From Mobula hypostoma (taxonomy: Eukaryota), in contig NC_086097.1 of assembly GCF_963921235.1 (NCBI RefSeq), positions 105,650,001 to 105,714,000 on the forward strand: a stretch of DNA of 64,000 nt. Direction: 5' to 3'. Under the pieces are notes generated by a model. The model was not told the origin of the DNA. It did not search any database and saw only the letters and a program-made list of their open reading frames with translations. Below, in pieces: positions 25,504 through 38,119 of the stretch. Both the position numbers and the translations under genes were made by a program. Every line of letters begins with the position of its first letter. Position 1 is the first letter of the stretch.

Positions 25504-27400
25504 AGCAGGGGGCAGGGATTCAGATTACTGGATCATTGGGATCTCTTTTGAGGCTAGTGTGATCTGTACAAAATGGATGGGTTGCACTTGAATCCCAGGG
25601 GGACCAATATCCTGGCGGGGAGGTTTGCTGAGGCTACTGGGGAGAGTTTAAACTAGAGTTGTTGGGGTGTGGGAACCGAACTGAAGAGACTGGGGAGGAG
25701 ATGGTTGGCTCACAAATAGAGAAAGCTTGGAGACAGTGTGTGAAGGAGGATAGGCAGGTGATAAAGAGGGACACGCTCAGACCGACGGTTTGAGATGTGT
25801 CTATTTTAACGCAAGGAGTATTGTGAACAAAGCAGATGGGCTTAGAGCGTATATCAGTACTTGGAGCTATGATGTGGTGGCCATTACAGAGACTTGGATG
25901 GCTCAGGGGCAGGAATGGTTACTTCAAGTGTCGGGTTTTAGATGTTTCAAAAAGGACAGGGAGGGAGGCAAAAGAGGTGGGGGCGTGGCACTGTTGATCA
26001 AAGATAGTGTCACAGCTGCAGAAAAGGTGGACGCCATGGAGGGATTGTCTACTGAGTCTGTATGGGTGGAGGTTAGGAACAGGAAAGGATCAATAACTTG
26101 GTGTTTTTATAGGCCGCCCAATAGTAACAGGGCTGTCGAGGAGCAGAAAGGGAAACAGATTTTGGAAGGGTGTAATAATAACAGATTTGTCATGATGGGA
26201 GATATTAATTTCCCAAATATTGATTGGCATCTCCCTAGAGCAAGGGGTTTAGATGGGGTGGAGTTTGTTCGGTGTGTTCAGGAAGATTTCTTGACACAAT
26301 ATGTAGATAAGCCTGCAAGAGGCAAGACCACAGTTGATTTGGTATTGGGAAATTAACCTGGTCAGGTGTCAGATCTCTCAGTGAGAGAGCATTTTCGAGA
26401 TAGTGATCATAATTCCATCTCCTTTACAATAGCATTGGAGAGAGATAGGAACAGACAAGTTAGAAAAGCATTTAATTGGAGTAGGGGGAGTTATGAGGCT
26501 ATCAGGCAGGAAATTGGAAGCTTAAATTGGGAACACATGCTCTCAGGGAAAAGTACGGAAGAAATGTGGCAAATGTTCAGGGGATATTTGTGTGGAGTTC
26601 TGCATAGGTATGTTGCGATGAGACAGGGAAGTTATGGCAGGGTACAGGAACCGTGGTGTACAAAGTCTAGTAAATCTAGTCAAGAAGAAAAGAAAAGCTT
26701 ACAAAAGGTTCAGAGAGCTAGGTACTGTTAGAGATCTAGAAGATTACAAGGTTAACAGGAAGGAGCTTAAAAAGGAAATTAGGTGAGCCAAAAGGGGCCA
26801 TGAGAAGGCCTTGGCGGGCAGGATGAAGAAAACCCCAAGGCATTCTGCAAGTTTGTGAAGAGCAGGAGGATAAGACATGAAAGAATAGGACCTATCAAGT
26901 GTGACAGCAGGAAAGTGTGTATGAAACAGGAGGAAATAGCAGAGGTGGTTAGTGAATACTGTACTTCAGTATTCACTATGGAAAAGGATCTTGGTGATTG
27001 TAGTGTTGACTTGCAGCAGACTGAAAAGCTTGGGCATGAAGACGGAGGATGAGAGGAGACCTGATAGAGGTGTATAAGATGATGAGAGGCGTTGATCGTG
27101 TGGATAGTCAGAGACTTTTTCCTGGGGCTGAAATGGTTGCCACAAGAGAACACAGGTTTAAGGTGCTGGGGAGTAGGTACAGAGGAGATGTCAGGGATAA
27201 ATTTTTTTACTCAGAGAGTGGTTAGTGCGTAGAATGGGCTGCCTGCAACGGTGGTAGAGGCGGTTACAATAGGGTCTTTTAAGAGACTTTTAGATAGGTA
27301 CATGGAGCTGAGAAAAATAGAGAGCTGTGGGTAAGCCTAGTAATTTCTAAGGTAGGGACGTGTTCGGCACAACTTTGTGGGCCTGTGTTGTGCTGTAGGG
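25504..27400 (+). mobile_element. CR1 LINE with AP endonuclease and a large internal RT deletion
   Basis: ORF 25790..26356 YFNARSI...VAITETW...GGGVALLI...YRPPN...MGDINFP; SDH at about 26400. Jumps at about 27040 directly to the ORF2 C-terminus and 3' tail. Confidence 0.85.
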
Positions 27401-30400
27401 TTGCTATTAGTCTCATGGACCAGAAGACCTTCCACATATTTACAGTATCTTCTCAGTGACGCTTTGCAAAGTCTTTACAGGCAAGGGTATGCTTTTTTTA
27501 GTGGTACATGTGGCATAGATCTAATACTGCACACCATTGTGGAGGAGGGGCAGAGCGCAAGTTATCCAAGTTTGCTGATGATGTGAAAATAGGTGGAAGA
27601 ATATGTAACAATGTGCAAAAATGTTGGTGTTTAAGAATGGGTTTAGAAGAATGAGCGGTGATCTTATTGAAGCATGTAAGATTCTTGGAGTGCTTGACGG
27701 GATAACTGTTGAGATATGATGAATCACCAGTTATTTAAAACTGACGTATAGGAATTTCTTGTAGAGGGTGGTGAAACACTTCAGTTCTTCATCTGGTTGT
27801 GAAAGCTAGATCATGGGGCATATTTAAGAGGAAGTAGATAAGTTTGTAAAGATCAGGGAATTAAGGGCTATGGAGAACTGGAAAGAAGAGATAAGTTTGG
27901 GAGAGGTCAGCATGATATTAAATATCAGGATGGGCTGTGAAGTACCAAGTGGCCTCGTCCTGTTATTTTCATATGAATCAAGTCAATTAAGAAGTGCTGC
28001 CAATTACTTGGAGCCCTACCCAGAAAACACATTAACTTGGAAGGGATCAGGTTTTTTACTGAGGAATAGAGAATTTTTCACAACAGACTCTGGCTGCCAA
28101 TTTCATTTACTCTGACTGTCGATTTCAAGTTTATACTGTAGAATAGAGAATTTTTCATACGGACTCCGACTGCCAATTGCATTCTTTGTTTTGTGCAACA
28201 GCCAAGTTACTCGGAAGGGAAGTGCTGTCATGTCAGATGTTACTCTCCACAATTACACTTGTTAATGTATTGTCTCCTAAACTATTGTCAGAACTGTTTG
28301 TTTTAATGTTCGTCTGAAGATTTGATAAATTTCGCATATCCAGTGTTAGTACTGAGCATGGAGCTTCCTTTGACTGTTTGTGAACATTTTAATTATCCTT
28401 TATCTGAGCTGTGTTTTTGCCAATAGGATATTAACTGCAAGATCCATTTGAAGTGGTAATTATATTGTTCATCAAAGTAAAAATGTTTAATATACAGTTT
28501 TGATTTTGGCTCTTATGGTTATGAGGTGTACGATTACTTGAGTTTTAACGTTTTGAATGACTTCATTCTGAATTGCTGACCATTACAGGACCTCATTCTG
28601 ACAAAGAACACTAAGTCGGATATATTCTGTAGCTCTGCAAGTCTCTGATTGTAAACTAAATTGTAATCATGGAAAATTTTATGCCAGAAAGAGGCCATTG
28701 TGTCTGTGCTATTCAAAGAGCTAGATACATTATCCTACCTCCCAGCATTGTGTTGACCCAGCTTCCCCCATGTAAAAATATATTTCCTTATTTCTCCAGT
28801 AATCATCCCACCAAGTACTTTAAGTCTGTGCATCTGGTGTTTGATCCTCTGTGAGGTACTCTTAGACTTTCAAAGTTTTGCACTCATTTATCAAGACTCT
28901 TCTGTCAGCTCTTATATTCGAAAGGAAGCAGCCCCAGCTTTTCTCACCAATAATTTTTCAGTCCTGGCAACATCCCTTTAAATCTCCCTTGCACCCTATG
29001 CAGAGCAGTTGTACCCTTATTGTAATGTGGTGTGCACAGTACTCAAACAGAACACTAACGGGTTGTAGGATCCTGGAGTCATAGAGCATTACAGCACAGA
29101 AACAGCTACTTTGACCCAACTAGCTATGCTGAACTGTTACTCTGCCTAGTCTGATCGACTCACCCCTGGACCATAGCCTTCCATATCCCTCCCAGCCATG
29201 TACCTATATAAACTTCTCTTAAATGTTGCAATCGAGCCCATATCCACTACTTTTTCTGCCAGCTCATTCCATATTCACACCACCTTTTGAGTGGAGAGGT
29301 TCCCCCTCAGGGTCCCCTTAAATATTTCACCTTTCACCCTGAACCAATGATCTCTAGTTCCAGTCTTCCTTAATTTAAGTGTAAAAAGCCTGCTTGCATT
29401 TTCCCTGTCTATAGTCTTCATGATTTTGAACACGTCTATCAAATTTTTCCTCATTCTCTTATATTCTAGGGAAAAAAGTCCTAACCTATTCGACTTTCCC
29501 TATAACTCAAGTCCTCAAGTCTCATCAGGTCTTCTATACAGTTCCATGCTCTTGAGTACTGTCCCTTGATTAAAAGAGAAAAGATTGTCTTTGTCACTTT
29601 ATCAGCTAATTGATCCGTTATAACATTCAAGGATCTATGGGCATAGAGACTAAGGTTCTTTTGTTCCTCCTTGCCCAAAACTATCTTTTGTATACAATAT
29701 CGCATGCCACCTCTTCAAATGCAATTCAGTGCACTTGTCTGCATTAACTTCACTTTTCCATCCTCTGCTCAAGTAACAGGTATGTTGTCCTACATCTTGA
29801 ATCTGACCTCCTTATTGCCAAATGCATGGCCATTTTTAGTATCATTTGCACACTGCTTTCTTATTTTGGTTGAAATCGTTAAAGTATAAAGCAAAAAACA
29901 AGGGAGCAGATACTGAGTTTGTGGAGTACTGCCGGTAATGTTTTCTAGCCTCAGAATATCAGCTAACTGTTATCCTTCACTTGCTTCTGTAGCCAGTTTT
30001 GGATCCACTTTGCTCCTTTAACTTGGATCCCAAGGACTTTTACTTTGAACCAGCCCTCCATGTGGTATCTTTGCAGTGTCTCTGAAGGCATTTACAATTT
30101 ATCTGTCAAAGCTAGTATATGCATTACTTGTTTTTACATTTTTGAGCTCTTCTGCTAGAGAACTGTATGAAATGGTAGAACTAATTAACAACCCAACCTG
30201 CTACAACACTCCAGCTCCTCCCTCAGGGTGTGTTTTGTTGGGTGACATGCACCCCACTCATGGTGAATCACAGAAACCCAAGCCAGAGTACAGTACTGGA
30301 ACAGACAGGAGTGTTTCTCCTGGTCTGTCTACTCCAGGGGTATGTGGTTAACTGTGATTATTTTAATGCCAATCCCTCTGCTCGTCCTCAAATCCCCTTG

Positions 30401-30710
30401 CAGAGTTTCTTTCCTCATCCTCTCCTTCCTTGCTTTCCTCTTCCCTTTCTTCTTCACTTCCATTCTGATTGCTTCCTTACCTCCTTGTCCCCCCTTCTCT
30501 CTTCCCAATGCTGCCAAACTTTGTGAGCCTTCTCTCAGTGAACCCTTTTTTTCCTCTCTGCCAGCTCTCACCCCACTGCCTGCAGCACCTCCTAACTTCT
30601 CCAGAAAGCAAGTTGTCATTGTCATTGGGAAACTGCATTTTGGCACTTGTTGGCATATAATTGTTTTGTTTTTGTTTTTCCCCCCTCCCCCCCCCCAAAT
30701 CTTTTCCCAG

Positions 30711-30943
30711 TCCAATCTTGCTCGCAGGGGTCTAGATGAAGATGATCTTTGTCCAGAGAGTAATGGTCAGTCACAGAATGACATGAGGCAGACGCAAGAG
30801 GAGTTTGGGGATGAAGAAGAGCTGTCTCTAAAATATGGAGCCAAGCATGTCATCATGCTGTTTGTTCCTGTCACTTTGTGCATGGTGGTGGTGGTGGCCA
30901 CGATCAAATCAGTCACTTTTTACACAAGGAAGGATGGCCAGTT
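30711..30943 (+). CDS. PSEN1: Presenilin coding exon (N-terminal tail plus TM1; equivalent to human PSEN1 exon 4)
   Basis: Encodes ...[44 protein letters not shown](L). Polypyrimidine tract with cccag| acceptor; TT|gtaagt donor splits the Leu codon as in human PSEN1. CMVVVV and YTRKDG match PSEN1 rather than PSEN2. Confidence 0.95.
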
Positions 30944-31914
30944 GTAAGTATTTCTTTGCTCAAAGTTTCTCCACCTCCTCTGACTTGCCATTTTAAGGAA
31001 ATGTTGTTTTGGTAGTGATGTAGCAGAGGCAGCACCTTGAACTTGAAGTACTGTAGAATGTATAGTGCTAAGCACGCTGTTTATCTCCTGTAGTGGTCTC
31101 CTGCTCCTCCTCACCCCAGTATCCCTTTCCCATTTGTGCTCATCTTCACTCGACCTTCAATAGATATGCCTTATCATATTTTTTCCCAACAGCTTCCACC
31201 TTCTAAATACTTCCTAAATTAAGTCTCGGATACTTTATTGAATTTCTTAGTGCTAATCTTGTGTATCAGTCTTGATTTTTGGAAGCCAAGTATAACATCT
31301 CAACTATATTTGTAGGCTTTTCTGCATGTTTTGAGGCATTGAGAAAATTAACACGGTGCTCTTAGTTTGCAAAACTGTCCACTTAAACACCAAACTAAAG
31401 CTCTGACTTCTAACATCACACCCTGGTCTGGGCACCTTGAGTGAAGCAAGGAGATGGAATATGAATTACATTTGGCTTGGTGGATTCTTTAAATTACTTC
31501 TAGTGAGAAAATTGGGAGGAATTTGTGAAACTGCTGTAAACTTTGATTAAGGTGGATGTCTGCGGCACATAGTCATAAAGTACAGCACAGAAACAGGCAC
31601 TTTGGTCCATCTATCCATGCTGAAACGGTTATTCTGCCTAGTCCCATCAAGCCATTGCCCTGTACTTAGACAATGTTCCTTAAATGTTGAAGTCAAACCT
31701 GCATACACCACTTCTGCTGGTAGCTTGTTCCACACTTGCACCCCCCCCCAACGAAGATCCCCCTCAGGTTCCCCTTATATATTTCACCTTTCACCCTTAA
31801 CCCATGATTTCCAGTTATAATCTCATCATCCTCGGTAAAAAAAAGCCTGTTTGCATTTACTATTTCTAAACCATTCATAATTTTGCATGTTTTAATCCTT
31901 AACTCTGTAGGCAG

Positions 31915-33470
31915 GATGGTAGTTAAGGCACTGGAATGCTTCTCCTGTAAGATATGGGATCACAGGATCCCTGATGATTACATCTTTGGGAAGTACAACC
32001 AGCTTCAGCTTCTGACTGACAAGGTCAAAAAACTGGAGCTACAACTGGGTGTGCTCAGACCCATCTGGGAGGATGGAAACCTTATGCATGAAACTTTGAC
32101 TGAAGTGGTCACACCCAGACTTCAGGATTCATATGGTAGATGTGTGACCACCAGGGGAAGCAAGGGGTGTAAGCAGTCAGTCTAGGGTTCCCCTGTGACC
32201 ATTCCCCTCAGCAATAATATCTCTTTGGTTATTTGAGCAACATACACAAAATGCTGGAGGAACTCAGCAAGCCAAGCAGCATCTATGGAAAAGAGTATAG
32301 TCGGCGTTTCGGGCCAAAACCCTTTGGCAGGACTGGAGAAAATAAAGCTGAGGAGTAGATTTAAAAGGTAGTGGGGAGGGAAGAGAGAAACACCAGGTGA
32401 TAGGTGAAACGGGGAGGGGGAGGGATGAAGTAAAGAGCTGAGAAGTTGATTGGTGAAAGAGACAGAGGCCATGGAAGAAAAAAAGGGGGGAGAGCACCCA
32501 AGGGAGGCGATAAGCGGGCAAGGAGATAAGGTGGGGGAGGGATAAGGGAGGGTGGTGGAAGACATTACTGGAAGTTTGAGACTGAGACTCCCCCCTTTTA
32601 TTTCTTCCATGGCCTTCTGTCTCTTTAACCAAACAACTTCCCATCTCTTTACTTCATCCCTCTCCCTCTCCCACCCCCTCCCAGTTTCACCCATCAGCTG
32701 GTGTTTCTCTCTCCCCTCCCTCACCTTTTAAATTTACTCCTTTGCTTTTTTTCTCCAGACCTGCCAAAGGGTTTCATTCCAAAATGTTAGCTGTACTTTT
32801 TTCCATAGACGCTGCCTGGCCTGCTGAGTTCCTCCAGCATTTTGTGTGTGTTGCTCGGATTGCCAGCATTTTGCAGATTTTCTCTTGTTCCCTTTGGATA
32901 TTGCTGAGTGGAATGACCCGTCAGGGCACAGCAGTAGCAGCCAGGCAAGTGGCACTGAGACTGGTTTTAAGGCTCAGCAGGGAATGGTAAAGAAAGGTAG
33001 GGTGATAGTGATAGGAAACTCAATAGCTAAGGGGGCATATAGGTTGATTCTATGGCCATGAAAGAGAGTACCAGGATGGTGTGTTGCCTCCCCGGTGCTA
33101 GGGTCCAGGATGTCTCAGAGTGGCTGCAGAAAATTCTCATGTGGGAAGGTGGCAGTCAGCAGTCGTAGTGCACATTGGCTGTAATGACATGGGTAGGAGG
33201 GGGAAGAAGTACAGTGAGTATGGGGAGTTACAATAAAGAACAGGACCTCCACAAAAGAATTGGCAAAAAGCAGAGAGAGTTAATTGGGAGCAGTTGTTTT
33301 TGGGCAAGTCCACATCTGACGTGTGGAGGGTGTTTAAAGACCAACTTTACAGAGTACAGGGCAGGTATGTTCCAGTCAGAAGGAAGGACAAGGATGGCAA
33401 AGTAAGAGAACCTTGGATGTCGAAAGAGGTAATGAATGTAGTTAAGAAGAAAAAGGGAAAATATATAAAA
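31915..33470 (+). mobile_element. CR1 5' region relic (ORF1 zinc-finger/zipper and SGNH-esterase-like parts) interrupted by a Penelope fragment
   Basis: ECFSCKIWD...QLQLLTDKVKKLELQL (31883..32185); RVIVIGNSI and MVCCLPGARVQDVSE near 33000-33120. Confidence 0.7.
32227..32890. mobile_element. Penelope-like pLTR pair in inverted orientation (no ORF left)
   Basis: Left arm caaaatgctggaggaactcagc...gcagcatctatggaaaa is mirrored by right arm ttttccatagacgctgc...gctgagttcctccagcattttg. Hammerhead cores are mutated (CTGCCAA). Confidence 0.75.
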
Positions 33471-33654
33471 GAGGGTTTGGTTATTCATTTTTTTTCCACT
33501 GTTATTTGAAGAGAGGGAAACGTCATTTCCCTCCATGACGTCACACGCCTGCGCAGTCCTGACTCTCTCTACGCCTATGAAAAAAAACCGAAAAATTTAA
33601 AAAAGACTTCCTCCACACTCCCGCTTGGAATCTCAGTCTTCTTTCACCCAATTC

Positions 33655-36600
33655 TTTAAACTAGAATGGTTGTGGGGAGGGAATCAAATTAAGGAGACTA
33701 GGACAGGGGAGGAAGAAAAAGATAACAAAGTTGTTTGCTCAATTAAGGATAAACAGAGAGTTGGAGGTGGAGAGTTTCTTAAATGCATCTATTTTAATGC
33801 TAGGAGCATTGTAAGAAAGGTGGATGAGCTTAGAGCATGCATTGATACCTGGAAAAATGATGTTGTAGCTGTTAGTGAAACATGGTTGCAGGAGGGGTGT
33901 GATTGGCAACTAAATATTCCAGAATTTCGTTGCTTCAGGTGTGATAGAATAGGAGGGACAAGAGGGGGAGGTGTTGCATTGCTTGTCAGAGAAAATATAA
34001 CAGCGGTGCTCTGGCAGGATAGATTAGTGGACTCATCTAGAGAGGCTACTTGGGTGGAATTGAGGAATAAGAAAGGTGTTGTGACGCTTATAGGGGTGTA
34101 TTATAGACCACCTAATGGGGACCGAGAACTGGAGGAGCAAATTTGTAAGGAGATAGCAGATATTTGTATTAAATTTTCCACACACAGACTGGGAAGCCCA
34201 TTTTGTAAAAGGGCTGGATGTTTTGGAGTTTGTAAAATGTGTGCAGGATAGTTTTTTGAAGCAATACATAGAGTTACCAACTAGAGAAGGATCAGTGTTG
34301 GATCTCCTGTTAGGAAATGAGATAGGGCAGGTGACGAAGGTATCTGTTGGGGAGCACTTCGGGTCCAGTGATCACAATACAATTAGTTTCAGTGTAATTA
34401 TGGAGAAGGATAGGACTAGACCTAGGATTGAGATTTTTGATTGGAGAAACTTTGAGGAGATGCGAAAGGATTTAGAAGGAGTGGATTGGGAAAATTTGTT
34501 TTACGGGAAGGATGTAACAGAGAAATGGAGAACATTTAAAGGTGAAATTTTGAGGATTCAGAATCTTTACATAGAAACATAGAAAATAGGTGCAGGAGTA
34601 GTCCCTTCGAGCCTGCACCGCCATTTATTATGATCATGGCTGATCATCCAACTCAGAACCCCGCCCCAGCCTTCCCTCCATACCCTCTGACCCCTGTAGC
34701 CACAAGGGCCATATCTAACTCCCTCTTAAACATAGCCAATGAACTGGCCTCAACAGTTTCCTGTGGCAGAGAATTCCACAGATTCACCACTCTCTGTGTG
34801 AAGAAGTTTTTCCTAATCTCGGTCCTAAAAGGCTTCCCCTCTATCCTCAAACTGTGACCCCTCGTTCTGGACTTCCCCAACATCGGGAACAATCTTCCTG
34901 CATCTAGCCTGTCCAATCCCTTTAGGATCTTATACGTTTCAATCAGATCCCCCCTCAATCTTCTAAATTCCAACGAGTACATGCCCAGTTCATCCAGTCT
35001 TTCTTCATATGAAAGTCCTGCCATCCCAGGAATCAATCTGGTGAACCTTCTTTGTACTCCCTCTATGGCAAAGATGTCTTTCCTCAGATTAGGGGACCAA
35101 AACTGCACACAATACTCCAGGTATGGTCTCACCAAGGCCTTGTACAACTGCAGTAGTACCTCCCTGCTCCTGTACTCGAATCCTCTCGCTATAAGTGCCA
35201 GCATACCATTCGCCTTTTTCACCGCCTGCTGTACCTGCATGCCCACTTTCAATGACTGGTGTATAATGACACCCAGGTCTCGTTGCACCTCCCCTTTTCC
35301 TAATCGGCCACCATTCAGATAATAATCTGTTTTCCTATTTTTGCCACCAAAGTGGATAACTTCACATTTATCCACATTAAATTGCATCTGCCATGAGTTT
35401 GCCCACTCACCCAACCTATCCAAGTCACCCTGCATCCTCTTAGCATCCTCCTCATTGCTAACACTGCCACCCAGCTTCGTGTCATCCGCAAACTTGGAGA
35501 TGCTGCATTTAATTCCCTCATCCAAGTCATTAATATATATTGTAAACAACTGGGGTCCCAGCACTGAGCCTTGCGGTACCCCACTAGTCACCGCCTGCCA
35601 TTCTGAAAAGGTCCCGTTTATTCCCACACTTTGCTTCCTGTCTGCTAACCAATTCTCCACCCACACCAATACCTTACCCCCAATACCGTGTGCTTTAAGT
35701 TTGCACACTAATCTCCTGTGTGGGACCTTGTCAAAAGCCTTTTGAAAATCCAAATATACCACATCCACTGGTTCTCCCCTATCCACTCTACTAGTTACAT
35801 CCTCAAAAAATTCTATGAGATTCGTCAGACATGATTTTCCTTTCACAAATCTATGCTGACTTTGTCCGATCATTTCACCGCTTTCCAAATGTGCTGTTAT
35901 CACATCCTTGATAACTGACTCCAGCAGTTTCCCCACCACCGACGTTAGGCTAACCGGTCTATAATTCTCCGGTTTCTCTCTCCCTCCTTTTTTAAAAAGT
36001 GGGGTTACATTAGCCACCCTCCAATCCTCAGGAACTAGTCCAGAATCTAACGAGTTTTGAAAAATTATCACTAATGCATCCACTATTTCTTGGGCTACTT
36101 CCTTAAGCACTCTACCCTTTTACATTCCTATTAGGTTGAAAGGAAAGGTTAAAAGTTTGAGAGAGCCATGGTTTTCAAGAGATATTAGAAACTTGGTTCA
36201 GAAAAAGAGAGAGATCTTCAATAAATATAGTCAGCTTGGAGTTAATGAGGTACTCGAGGAATATAAAGAATGTAAAAAGAATCTTAAGAAAGGAATTAGA
36301 AAAGCTAAAAGAAGATACGAGGCTGCTTTTTCAAGTAAGGTGCAAATAAATCCAAAGGGTTTCTAAAGTTATGTTAGTGGCAAAAGGATAATGAGGGATA
36401 AAATTGGTCCCTTGGAGAATCAGAGTGGACGGCTATGTGCGGAGCCAAAGGAGATGGGGGAGATTTTGAACAATGTCTTTGGTATTCACTAAGGAGAAGG
36501 ATATTGAATTGTGTAAGGTAAAGGAAACAAGTAGGGTAGTTATGGAAAGTATGACAATTAAAGAAGAGGAAGTACTGACACTCTTAAGGAATATAGAAGT

Positions 36601-38117
36601 GGATAAGTCTCCGGGTCCGGACAAGATATTCCCTAGGACTTTGAGGGAAGTTAGTGCAGAAATAACAGGGGCTCTGAGAGAAATATTTCAAATGTCATTA
36701 GAAACGGGAATGGTGCCGGAGGATTGGCGTATTGCTCATGTGGTTCCATTGTTTAAAAAGGGTTCTAAGAGTAAACCTGGCAATTATCGGCCTGTGAGTT
36801 TGACGTCAGTGGTGGGTAAATTGATGGAAAGTATCCTTAGAGATGGTATATATAATTTTCTGGATGGACAGAGTCTGATTAGGAACAGTTAACATGGATT
36901 TGTGCGTGGAAGGTCATGTTTGACAAATCTTATTGAATTTTTTGATGAGGTTACTTAGAAAGTTGACGAGGGTAAAACGGTGGATGTTGTCTATATGGAC
37001 TTCAGTAAGGCCTTTGACAAGGTTCCACACGGAAGGTTAGTTAGGAAGGTTCAATCGTTAGGCATTAATATGGAAGTAGTAAAATGGATTCAGCAGTGGC
37101 TAGATGGGAGACGCCAGATCTGTACTGGGTCCAATGTTGTTTGTAATATATATTAATGATCTAGATGATGGGGTGGTAAATTGGATTAGTAAGTATGCAG
37201 ACGATACTAAGATAGGTGGTGTTATGGATGATGAGGTAGGTTTTCAAAACTTGCAGAGAGATTTAGGACAGTTAGAAGAGTGGGCTGAAAGATGGCAGAT
37301 GGAGTTTAATGCTGAAAAATGTGAGATGCTACATTTTGGTAGAACTAATCAAAATAGGACATACATGGTAAATGGTAGGGAATTAAAGAATGCTTTAGAA
37401 CAGAGGGATCTAGGAATAATGGTGCATAGTTCCCTGAAGATGGAATCACATGTGGATAGGGTGGTGAAGAAAGCTTTTGTTTTGCTGGCATTTATTAATC
37501 AGAGCATTGAGTATAGGAGTTGGGATGTAATGTTGAATTTGTATAAGGCATTGGTAAGGCCAAATCTGGAGTATTGTGTACAGTTCTGGTCACCGAATTA
37601 TAGGAAGGATGTCAATAAAATTGAGAGAGTATAGAGGAGGTTTACTAAAATGTTGCCTGGGTTTCATCTCCTAAGTTACAGAGAAAGGTTGAACAAGTTG
37701 GGTCTTTATTCTTTGGAGCGTAGAAGGTTGAGGGGAAACTTGATAGAGGTGTTTAAAATTATGAGGGGGGTTGATAGAGTTGACGTGGTTAGACTTTTTC
37801 CATTGAGAGTGGGAAAGATTCAAATGAGAGGGCATGGGTTGAGAATTAGAGGACTAAAGTTTAGGGGTAACATGAGGGGGAACTTCTTTCCTCAGAGAGT
37901 GGTAGCTGTGTGGAATGAGCTTCCAGCAGAAGTGGTTGAGGCAAGTTCTATGTTGTTGTTTAAAGTTAAATTGGATAGATGTATGGACAGGAAAGGAATG
38001 GAGGGTTATGGGCTGAGTGCAGGTTGGTGGGAATAGGATAGGGTAAGAGTTCGGCACGGACTAGAAGGGCCGAGATGGCCTGTTTCCATGCTGTAATTGT
38101 TGTATGGTTATATGGTT
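33655..38117 (+). mobile_element. Near-full ORF2 CR1 LINE (EN plus RT, several stops), interrupted by a younger CR1
   Basis: ORFs 33625..34251 (APE), 34223..34582, 36136..36366, 36473..36892, 37104..37634 (KYADDT) and 37650..38036; tail tgtatggttatatggtt. Confidence 0.9.
34573..36118 (-). mobile_element. Young 5'-truncated CR1 with uninterrupted 485-aa RT ORF
   Basis: ORF 34653..36110 with YRPVSLTS, DFQKAFD, GVPQGSVLGP and KFADDT. (ACATAGAA)n tail. TTTACAT duplicated at 34566-34572 and 36119-36125. Confidence 0.93.
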
Positions 38118-38119
38118 AA

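Noticed and set aside
30342..30710. N-terminal 123 codons of the 201-aa ORF upstream of the presenilin exon
   Set aside because: Pyrimidine-rich intron sequence that happens to be open; a canonical acceptor lies at 30710.
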